From: an uncultured Mucilaginibacter sp.
GTDB taxonomy: Bacteria; Bacteroidota; Bacteroidia; Sphingobacteriales; Sphingobacteriaceae
DNA: 64,000 nucleotides
Direction: 5' to 3'
Assembly (NCBI GenBank): GCA_966212355.1
Contig: CBIHRB010000008.1
Location: 95,084 to 159,083, forward strand
The notes beneath the pieces are model-generated. The model saw only the letters and a list, made by a program, of their open reading frames with translations. It was not told the origin of the DNA and did not search any database. Below, piece after piece: positions 51,088 to 59,807 of this stretch. Position 1 is the first letter of the stretch; every line of letters starts with the position of its first letter. The position numbers and the translations under genes were made by a program.

Positions 51088-51672
51088 ATGTATGATTATA
51101 TTAGTGGGAAACTAATGTTCAAAAGCCCGTCATATGTAGTGATAGACGCGGGAGGGGTAGGGTATCATATTAATATTTCGGTAAATACCTATTCGGGCAT
51201 TAGTGACGACGAGAAATGTAAACTCTTTGCATGGTTACACGTAAAAGAGGACGCGCGCACACTTTACGGCTTTGCTACAGAAGGTGAACGCAGGTTGTTC
51301 TTACATTTGATCTCTATTTCGGGTATCGGGCCAAATACGGCAAGGATGATGTTATCGTCCATAAGCCCGGCCGAGATCCAGGCGGCTATTGTGAGCGGTA
51401 ATGTTTCATTGATCCAGCGGATAAAAGGAATTGGCCCGAAATCGGCTCAGCGGATTATTTTGGAGCTGCAGGATAAGCTACGTAAGGAAGGCCCCGATAC
51501 CTTGACTGTTGTGCCGGTGAGCCAGACGGTTAAGGATGAAGCACTATCAGCATTGGTGATGCTGGGATTTGCGCGTAACGTTGCCGAAAAGGTATTAGAC
51601 CAGGAGATCAAGAAAAATAATGGCGAATTAACGGTTGAAGAACTAATTAAGTTCGCGTTAAAAACGCTATAA
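51088..51672 (+). CDS. ruvA: Holliday junction branch migration protein RuvA
   Basis: LYGF, SGIGPNTA, IKGIGPKSAQRIILEL and ALSALVMLGF motifs. Confidence 0.97.
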   Translation: MYDYISGKLMFKSPSYVVIDAGGVGYHINISVNTYSGISDDEKCKLFAWLHVKEDARTLYGFATEGERRLFLHLISISGIGPNTARMMLSSISPAEIQAAIVSGNVSLIQRIKGIGPKSAQRIILELQDKLRKEGPDTLTVVPVSQTVKDEALSALVMLGFARNVAEKVLDQEIKKNNGELTVEELIKFALKTL

Positions 51673-51696
51673 TTACGGATAAATATCTACTAACTT

Positions 51697-54600
51697 TTGA
51701 CCAAAGTATTTACTTATAAGACACTTATAAGTGTGTTGTTCATTGTGGTGTTCGGGGGGCTGGGTAATGTGTATGCACAACAAAAGCCTTCGCCTGCGGC
51801 TAAAAATGATACAACCAAATCAAATGCACCAATAAACCTGACCGCGCCACGAAGCCAGCGGATGAGGGAAGGTATTTTCAATACCGACCCGGCAGGCCTG
51901 GTACGTACCATTGAATATGATCCGGCCACAAACCGTTATATTTTATACGAAAGGGTAGGTAATTTGCTTTACCGCCCGCCGCAGTATCTTACGTTTGAGC
52001 AATATTTAAAACTTAAAGAACGATCGGTCCAACGGGGCTATTTTCAGCAACTGGCAGATAATTATGCCTATGATTCGCAGCAGCCGGGGTTTATACCGCC
52101 TATAAAGGTGAGGAGCCGTACGTTTGAGCAGATCTTTGGCAGCTCGGTGATTGATATCCGTCCGCAAGGATCAGCAGAAATGATCATGGCCGGGCAGATA
52201 AATAAAAACCAGAACCCGCTTTTTAACACCCGCCAGCGCAGCCAGTTTAACTTTAATTTTGATCAGCGCATCCAACTCAACGTAACCGGTAACATAGGTG
52301 ATAAGTTAAAGATCACCACCAATTACAACACCGACGCGCAGTTCCAGTTTGAAAACCAGATCAAACTGGATTATACCGGATCGCCCGACGAGATCATCCA
52401 GAAAATTGAAGCCGGTACGGTTAGTATGCCGCTTAATACCACACTGATCACCGGTAGTCAGGCGCTTTTTGGCGTTAAAACCAAGCTGAAATTTGGGCGG
52501 CTGGATGTTACCAGTATCTTTTCGCAGCAACGCTCGCAGTCAAAAACCATCACCATTACCAATGGCTCGCAACAAGGTGAGTTTAGGTTGACCCCTGCCG
52601 ATTATGAAGCCAATAAGCACTTCTTCCTGTCGCAATATTTCAGGAATAATTATAACAGGGCGCTGGCCAATATCCCGATCATCAGCTCCAACGTAAACAT
52701 TACTAAAATTGAGGTTTGGACAACCAACCGTACCAACGTAACTACCGATTCGCGCGATATATTGGCTTTCATCGACCTTGGTGAAAATAACCCATACAAT
52801 AAAACAAGGATAGTAGGCGGCGGCAGTGCCCTGCCCGCGGGTTTTAAAGGGCCTGGTTTTGCCCAGCAATCAAACAACCTTTTATCTGTTTTGCCGCAAA
52901 ATGCAAGGCTCACCAACTCCAATGATGTTGCCAGCTTTTTCCAGGGATCGGGCAATACGGATAACTATTCAAAACTAACTTATGCCCGCAAGCTTACCGA
53001 TAAGGAGTATACCCTGCACCCGCAATTAGGTTATATCTCCTTAAATTATCCCTTAAATAATGACGAGGTGCTGGCGGTTGCTTACCAGTATACCGTTAAC
53101 GGTGTACAATACCAGGTGGGTGAATTTAGCAGCGATGTTGCGGTTAACCCAAATACGCCTAATGTGCTTTTTGTGAAATTGCTGAAAGGCGAGTTATTGA
53201 AAACCAACCTGCCCACCTGGGATTTGATGATGAAAAACATTTACTCCCTCGGTGCTTTTCAGATAGCCCCTACCAATTTTAAGCTAACTGTAACCCGCCT
53301 CGATGATAAAACGGGGATCGAAAAAACGGTAATGGAAGAGGGGCAAAACCTAAAAGGCAAACTTTGGCTCCAGGTAGCAGGACTTGATAACCTCAACCAG
53401 CAAAGCGATAAAAAGCCGGATGGCTACTTTGATTTTTTAGAAGGAATCACCATCGATTCGCAAAACGGGCGGATTTCGTTCCCGGTGGTGGAGCCTTTTG
53501 GTTCGGACCTGGCATCCAAATTTACCCCTGGCGAGACCGACCTGGTTAAACGATATGTTTATCAACCATTGTATGACTCAACCAAAACTATCGCGCAGCA
53601 ATATTTCCCGGCATTAAACAGGTATGTAATTAAGGGAACTTATACCTCAACAGGTGGTTCGGAGTACCAGTTGAACGCGGTCAACATTCCGCAGGGATCT
53701 GTAAATGTAACCGCGGGTACGGTAAAATTACAGGAAGGGAACGATTACACGGTTGATTACAATGCCGGGCGGATCAGGATCCTGAACCAGGCACTGTTAT
53801 CTTCCGGCCAGCCTATTACCGTAAAGCTGGAGAATAATGAATTGTTCGGCGTACAGCAAAAGTCATTGTACGGCACCAGGCTTGATTATCATGCCAGCGA
53901 TAAACTTCAGTTAGGTGCTACTTTGATGCACCTAACTGAGCAACCCATTACCCAAAATGAAATTGCCGGTGAAGAATCCATCTCCAATACCATCTGGGGT
54001 TTTGATGCCAATTACAGTTCAAATTCCAGGTTTTTAACCAGGCTGGTTGATAAGATCCCCGGCATCCATACCAAAGTGCCATCGTCCATTAATTTTTATG
54101 GCGAGTTTGCCAAACTGATGCCGGGCAGCCCCGGTGCATTGAATTTTGCAGGCTCCAAACACGGCACATCTTATCTTGACGATTTTGAGAACAGTCAATC
54201 GGTAATAGATATTAAAGGAGCTAACAGCTGGCAAATTTCAGGAACGCCGCAGCTATTCGGCGAATCGGCTTTGTTTGATAACCTGAGCTATGGCTACAAC
54301 CGTGCCCGGCTGGCATTTTATAATATCGACCCTATATTTTATACCAACACAGGTTCCATCCCCATATCAAGAAGCGAGCTTTCCAACCATTATGTAAGGC
54401 AGGTAATTGAGCAGGAAGTTTTCCCCTACAAGCAGTCGGCTACCGGGCAGCCGATTAGCCTGGCTACGCTCAACATGGCTTTTTATCCAACTATCCGTGG
54501 ACCGTACAACTATGCTACCACAGGTATTAATCCCGATGGTACCTTGCAAAACCCTAAAACACGCTGGGGCGGTATGTTCAGGAAGCTGGAAACAAATGAT

Positions 54601-57600
54601 TTTGAATCGTTGAACGTATCCTACATCGAGTTTTGGATGCTTGATCCGTTCATATACAAACCAAACTCGGCTGGTGGTGATTTGTACTTTAACTTAGGTT
54701 CGATATCGGAAGATATTTTAAAGGACGGGCGTAAAAGCCTGGAAAATGGTTTGCCTGTTGATGGCGACCTGACCAAGGTGGATGAAACCAGCTGGGGGCG
54801 GGTGTCTAAACTACAGCCGGTTATTAATGCTTTTGATAACAACCCCGATGCCCGTAAACTGCAGGATGTTGGTTTGGACGGCATGAACGACCAGGATGAG
54901 CAAACCAAATTTGCCCCGGTTGTTCAGCAGATAAAAGGGCAACTGAACGCGCAGGCCGCGACTGCCATCGCTTCCGACCCATCGTCGGATGATTATCAGT
55001 ATTACCAGGGCCCGGCGCTCGACCAGGCCCGCGCCGGCATCCTCGACCGTTATAGCAAATATAACGGTACGGATGGTAACTCGAAAACGGCGCAGCAATC
55101 GCAGGCCGAACTTGGTTTGCAAAACTCGGCTTCAACATCCCTGCCCGATGGTGAGGATATTAACCGGGACAACAACATGAGCCAGGAAGATTCATACTTT
55201 CAGTATAAAGTATCCATGCGCCCGGCAGATATGGTGGTAGGGCAAAATTACATCAGCGATAAAGTTACCGCACAGGTAAAACTGCCCAACGGCACAACAC
55301 AGGCAGTTAACTGGTACCAGTTTCGCATCCCGATTACCGATTATCAATCAAAAGTGGGCAATATCCAGGATTTTAAGGCCATCCGTTTTATGAGGATGTT
55401 CATGACCAACTTTGCCGATACCGCTATACTTCGTTTTGCTACGCTCGAACTGGTACGCGGCGAGTGGCGTGCTTTCAATACCGAAAAAAATCCGTTGAAT
55501 GTTATTGCCGATCCTGCTATCCAAAACCCACCGATAGATAATTCGACCATCGACGTGCAGGCTGTAAATATTGAAGAAAACGGTAACCGCACGCCAATAC
55601 CTTATGTTGTGCCACCGGGTATTAACCGTCAGCGTAATTACAATAACCTGCAAACCAATACCAAGCTCAACGAGCAATCACTGTCCCTTAATATAAAAAG
55701 CCTGCGCGATGGATATTCAAGGGCCGCCTTCCGTACTTTTTATAATGACCTGCGCAAATACAAACGCATGCAAATGTTTATCCATGCCGAGGGTGATTAT
55801 TTGAAGAATAATGACCTGAACGCGTTTATCCGCCTCGGAGTTGATTACCAGGATAACTATTATGAGTACGAATTGCCTTTAAAAATAACCCAGCCGGGTA
55901 CCAGCGACGCAGGAGCAATATGGCCGGATGTTAATGAAATGGACCTGGAGCTTGATTTGCTGATCCGCGCAAAGCTTGCACGTAATCACTCTAACGTGGC
56001 CTACAACCAGCTTTTTAAATACACCGAGGGTGATAAGGTAGTTTATATCAAGGGCCAGCCCGATTTAAGCAAGCTGCGTACCATTATGCTTGGCGTACGC
56101 AATCCTTATAAAGGCACAAATGTTTTGCCCGATGATGGGCTGGATAAATCAGGAACTGTTTGGTTTGATGAGCTCCGCCTTACCGATTTTGATCAGCGCG
56201 GGGGATGGGCCGCTACCGCGAGGATTGATGCCAAGCTTGCCGACTTTGCCGATATTACCGTATCGGGCAGTAAAACGACTATTGGTTTCGGTACCCTTGA
56301 TTCAAGGCTGAACGACCGGAGCCAGAGTGATGATCAAACCTATGACGTATCGGCCAATGTTGAGTTGGGCAATTTTTTTCCGGATAAAAGCGGCATCCAT
56401 ATCCCGGCATACATCAATTTGTCATCACAAAGGAGCATGCCGCAATATGATCCCGGAGCGCCGGATGTTGAGCTGAAGGCCTCGCTGGCGGCGGCAACCA
56501 GCACCAAAGAGCGCGACTCTATCAGGAACGCGGCTATTGACATTACCACCCGCAAAAGCATCAACTTTACCAACGTACATAAGGCGCGTACAAATCAAAA
56601 CGCTCTCAATCATATTTGGGACATTGAAAATTTTAATGCCACTTATGCTTATACCGAATACAATCACCATGATTTTGTGACGCAGAATGATGTGGAGAAA
56701 ACCTATAATCTCACACTCGCTTATAACTATACCAATCAGCCCAAATACTACAGCCCATTTGCCAGGATCATCAAAAGCAATATGCTGGCCCTGTTCCGGG
56801 ACCTTAACTTTAGTCTGCTGCCGTCGCGATTGAATTTCAGCATCAATTTCAACCGCTTTTATTCGGAGAATACCCTGCGCGATAATGATCCTAATAACTA
56901 TATTCCTATCCCGACAACTACATTCAACAAGTATTTCAACATTACCCGTGTATATGGCATAGGCTGGAACCTGTCAAAATCATTACAAATGGATATTGAC
57001 GCTACCAATCTTTCGGTTGTAGATGAACCCGCCGGTCGGATCAACGGTTTAAAGCGCGATACCCTTTGGGATAACCTGAAAAAGCTGGGCCGTACAACCA
57101 ACTATAACCACACTATCAATTTTAATTATACTGTACCTATTAACAAAATTCCGGGATTGGATTGGATATCGGCAGTAGCGCGTTACAGTACACACTTTAA
57201 CTGGCAAACACAGCCGCTGTTCGCTATCAATAGTACCGCTTATGATGTTGGTAACAGTATTCAAAACTCAAGGGCAATCCAGCTTAACCCAACCCTGAAT
57301 ATGGTGTCGCTGTATAATAAGTTCCCTTTTATCCGCAAGGCCAACAATCCCAATAAAAAGAGCAATATCCTGATCGGCCTGCTAACCAGCATTAAAAACC
57401 TAAGCGCAACCTATACCCGTACACAGGGAACGTTTTTACCGGGATACTTACCGCAGTCGGGCTTTTTTGGTGCAGATGGCAATGCCCCCGGGTTAGGCTT
57501 TTTACTGGGCAGCCAGGCAGATATCCGGGCCAGGGCTGTGGCTAACGGCTGGATTACTACCGATACCCTGCAAAATCAGTTGTATACCACATCGCTAAAC

Positions 57601-58707
57601 GAGGATATGCATTTCAGGGGTATTATTGAACCGTTTAAAGATCTGCGGATTGAGCTTAGCGCCTTTAAAACCCAGGACCATAACTACCAGGCCAATTTCA
57701 AATACCTGGCCTCAAGCAATAGTATCGAAACATTAAGCCCGGTTACATCGGGTAATTACAGTGTATCATTCCTCACTATTGGCACCGCCTTTGAATCGGC
57801 GAAGGGAATTAACAATGTTTCATCTACTTTTCAGAAATTTTTGGATGCCCGCGCCGTAATATCGCAAAGATTAGGACGTACTAATCCAAATTCGGCCGGG
57901 GTTGCTGATGGTTATGCCGATGGTTACGGGCCAAATTCGCAAAATGTACTGGTGCCGGCGTTTCTGGCAGCATATGCAGGTAAAAATGCTTCGGGCAGTA
58001 ACCTGTCGCAATTCCCCAAAATTCCTATTCCCAACTGGCAGGTAACCTACAATGGCTTAGGTAAGATCTCCTGGTTCCAGGATATTTTTGATTCGTTTGA
58101 CCTGAGCCATGGTTACCGTTCATCATATAATGTAAGCGGCTTTACCTCGCTGCTGCAATATCGCGAGGCTAATGGCGCCGCCACTTCGCGCGATTTAAAT
58201 AATGATTTCCTGCCGTTGTACCAGTTTTCGCAGGTCACCATTTTTGAGCAGTTTGTGCCTTTGCTGGGCGCAAGCGTACGCTTCAAAAACAGCATGACCG
58301 CCAATGCCGAATATCGCCAAAGCCGTTCGTTAAGCTTAAGTATGCTTAACAGCCAGTTGGCACAGCAAAATGAAAAGATCATTGTTTTTGGTTTTGGTTA
58401 CCACACCAAAGATTTCCATTTTCCGTTTGGCTGGTTTGAGGGCATTCAGCATAAGGACGTGAACTTTAAGCTCGATTTTTCATTGCGCGATAATAAAACG
58501 CTCATTTACCGGGCTGATGTTGAATCGGCTGAGATATCATCGGGTGCGCAAAATATTACCGTAAGGCCATCTGTTGATTATGTGATCAACCAGCGTTTTA
58601 ACCTGAATTTGTTTTATGATTCAAACCTTACCAAGCCCTATACGTCGCAAACGTTTAATACATCATTTACCAATTTTGGGATTAATTTGAAGTTGTTGCT
58701 GCAATAA
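51697..58707 (+). CDS. sprA: Type IX secretion system outer-membrane translocon SprA/Sov
   Basis: 2336 aa; IFG...IDIRPQG, SEDILKDGRK, EDINRDN and VWFDELRL motifs; ruvA-sprA synteny. Confidence 0.95.
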   Translation: MTKVFTYKTLISVLFIVVFGGLGNVYAQQKPSPAAKNDTTKSNAPINLTAPRSQRMREGIFNTDPAGLVRTIEYDPATNRYILYERVGNLLYRPPQYLTFEQYLKLKERSVQRGYFQQLADNYAYDSQQPGFIPPIKVRSRTFEQIFGSSVIDIRPQGSAEMIMAGQINKNQNPLFNTRQRSQFNFNFDQRIQLNVTGNIGDKLKITTNYNTDAQFQFENQIKLDYTGSPDEIIQKIEAGTVSMPLNTTLITGSQALFGVKTKLKFGRLDVTSIFSQQRSQSKTITITNGSQQGEFRLTPADYEANKHFFLSQYFRNNYNRALANIPIISSNVNITKIEVWTTNRTNVTTDSRDILAFIDLGENNPYNKTRIVGGGSALPAGFKGPGFAQQSNNLLSVLPQNARLTNSNDVASFFQGSGNTDNYSKLTYARKLTDKEYTLHPQLGYISLNYPLNNDEVLAVAYQYTVNGVQYQVGEFSSDVAVNPNTPNVLFVKLLKGELLKTNLPTWDLMMKNIYSLGAFQIAPTNFKLTVTRLDDKTGIEKTVMEEGQNLKGKLWLQVAGLDNLNQQSDKKPDGYFDFLEGITIDSQNGRISFPVVEPFGSDLASKFTPGETDLVKRYVYQPLYDSTKTIAQQYFPALNRYVIKGTYTSTGGSEYQLNAVNIPQGSVNVTAGTVKLQEGNDYTVDYNAGRIRILNQALLSSGQPITVKLENNELFGVQQKSLYGTRLDYHASDKLQLGATLMHLTEQPITQNEIAGEESISNTIWGFDANYSSNSRFLTRLVDKIPGIHTKVPSSINFYGEFAKLMPGSPGALNFAGSKHGTSYLDDFENSQSVIDIKGANSWQISGTPQLFGESALFDNLSYGYNRARLAFYNIDPIFYTNTGSIPISRSELSNHYVRQVIEQEVFPYKQSATGQPISLATLNMAFYPTIRGPYNYATTGINPDGTLQNPKTRWGGMFRKLETNDFESLNVSYIEFWMLDPFIYKPNSAGGDLYFNLGSISEDILKDGRKSLENGLPVDGDLTKVDETSWGRVSKLQPVINAFDNNPDARKLQDVGLDGMNDQDEQTKFAPVVQQIKGQLNAQAATAIASDPSSDDYQYYQGPALDQARAGILDRYSKYNGTDGNSKTAQQSQAELGLQNSASTSLPDGEDINRDNNMSQEDSYFQYKVSMRPADMVVGQNYISDKVTAQVKLPNGTTQAVNWYQFRIPITDYQSKVGNIQDFKAIRFMRMFMTNFADTAILRFATLELVRGEWRAFNTEKNPLNVIADPAIQNPPIDNSTIDVQAVNIEENGNRTPIPYVVPPGINRQRNYNNLQTNTKLNEQSLSLNIKSLRDGYSRAAFRTFYNDLRKYKRMQMFIHAEGDYLKNNDLNAFIRLGVDYQDNYYEYELPLKITQPGTSDAGAIWPDVNEMDLELDLLIRAKLARNHSNVAYNQLFKYTEGDKVVYIKGQPDLSKLRTIMLGVRNPYKGTNVLPDDGLDKSGTVWFDELRLTDFDQRGGWAATARIDAKLADFADITVSGSKTTIGFGTLDSRLNDRSQSDDQTYDVSANVELGNFFPDKSGIHIPAYINLSSQRSMPQYDPGAPDVELKASLAAATSTKERDSIRNAAIDITTRKSINFTNVHKARTNQNALNHIWDIENFNATYAYTEYNHHDFVTQNDVEKTYNLTLAYNYTNQPKYYSPFARIIKSNMLALFRDLNFSLLPSRLNFSINFNRFYSENTLRDNDPNNYIPIPTTTFNKYFNITRVYGIGWNLSKSLQMDIDATNLSVVDEPAGRINGLKRDTLWDNLKKLGRTTNYNHTINFNYTVPINKIPGLDWISAVARYSTHFNWQTQPLFAINSTAYDVGNSIQNSRAIQLNPTLNMVSLYNKFPFIRKANNPNKKSNILIGLLTSIKNLSATYTRTQGTFLPGYLPQSGFFGADGNAPGLGFLLGSQADIRARAVANGWITTDTLQNQLYTTSLNEDMHFRGIIEPFKDLRIELSAFKTQDHNYQANFKYLASSNSIETLSPVTSGNYSVSFLTIGTAFESAKGINNVSSTFQKFLDARAVISQRLGRTNPNSAGVADGYADGYGPNSQNVLVPAFLAAYAGKNASGSNLSQFPKIPIPNWQVTYNGLGKISWFQDIFDSFDLSHGYRSSYNVSGFTSLLQYREANGAATSRDLNNDFLPLYQFSQVTIFEQFVPLLGASVRFKNSMTANAEYRQSRSLSLSMLNSQLAQQNEKIIVFGFGYHTKDFHFPFGWFEGIQHKDVNFKLDFSLRDNKTLIYRADVESAEISSGAQNITVRPSVDYVINQRFNLNLFYDSNLTKPYTSQTFNTSFTNFGINLKLLLQ

Positions 58708-59134
58708 GGCTGATTTGAAGATGGGTTAATTTGAAGATTTAAAAATGAAATAATAATCTGAATTTCGGGTGGGTAACGTTCTATCAGGGTCTGTAGCAAA
58801 TTCAAATTAACCTGCAAAATTGTTTGTTGGTTAATCAGCAAGGCGTTGTTTTACCCCTCTGGGGCAAGGGACATATCTATTATTTCGAGGGCTACAAACC
58901 TTTTGCACCTCTGGTGCATCATTTTCAAATCCTCCTTCCCCTCAGGGGCTCTCGGGAGAGGACCCTGAGGGTGATAATTATCTTACGGTTAGCCTTAGTC
59001 GAATACTATATGAACGAAGCTTTACTCTATTCAGGAAAAATTTGAGGATAATTCATGATCCTCAAAAAGAGCTGAAGGGACGCGAACGGCGCCCGGGATT
59101 TTAAATAGCTTCAAGGAATTAGTATATTTGTTAT

Positions 59135-59341
59135 ATGGATGCATTAATTGTTTACCCTGAGAATAAGGAGCAGATGGCAGCTTTAAAAGCAGTGATGAAA
59201 GCCATGAAAATATCTTTTGAACAAAAAAGCGAAGTTTACCCGGATTACGTGGTTAAGGGAGTTAAAGAATCACTAAAACAAGCTGATGAGGGAAAATTAA
59301 CTCCATACACCGGATTTAAGAATGTTCTAAACAGAAGATGA
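59135..59341 (+). CDS. DUF2683-like putative antitoxin
   Basis: ALIVYPENKEQ.AALKAVMKAMKISFE; ATGA overlap with the toxin; TATATTTG -7 box at 59123-59130. Confidence 0.75.
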   Translation: MDALIVYPENKEQMAALKAVMKAMKISFEQKSEVYPDYVVKGVKESLKQADEGKLTPYTGFKNVLNRR

Positions 59342-59628
59342 GTTTAGAAATCCTATCTACGCAAAATGCGGACGAAACATTTATAGCAGTTTACGACTTT
59401 ATTGAAATCCGTTTCGGAAAAAAAGTTGCTGATAAATTTTTAGAAAAGACTGAAAACATCGTAGCTCTAATAGCAGAGTATCCACTTATGTATAAAGCTA
59501 CATCTATAGATGTCAATGTAAGAATTGCAATTATCAGTAAACACACTTCTCTATTTTACCGGGTTACAGAAACATCTGTTCATCTCTTATACTTTTGGGA
59601 CAATCGTCGGGATCAGTTGTTTTTATAA
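59338..59628 (+). CDS. RelE/ParE family toxin
   Basis: A.ETF..VYDFI..RFG.KVADKF, LIAEYPLMY and SLFYRV....HLLYFWDNRR pattern. Confidence 0.85.
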   Translation: MSLEILSTQNADETFIAVYDFIEIRFGKKVADKFLEKTENIVALIAEYPLMYKATSIDVNVRIAIISKHTSLFYRVTETSVHLLYFWDNRRDQLFL

Positions 59629-59807
59629 CAAGTTCCCCAATCAATACCCCGCCGTTGTGGGTGTTCTCATCATAGGTGTTCGAAGATAAAGTTATCTCTT
59701 TTTTAAATGAACATTTTCGCCCAAATTTTATCTTCCGAACACCAACAGCGGCGGAAGAAAACTCGAGGAGCTCCATTTTCAAATCTTCAAATTAAACAAT
59801 CTTCAAA

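Noticed and set aside
58824-59045. 73-aa ORF in the sprA downstream region
   Set aside because: Built from repeat and hairpin sequence, TTG start, no recognisable motif.
59128-59631. 8-bp inverted repeat TTGTTATA/TATAACAA exactly flanking the DUF2683-RelE pair
   Set aside because: Too short and AT-rich to distinguish from chance.
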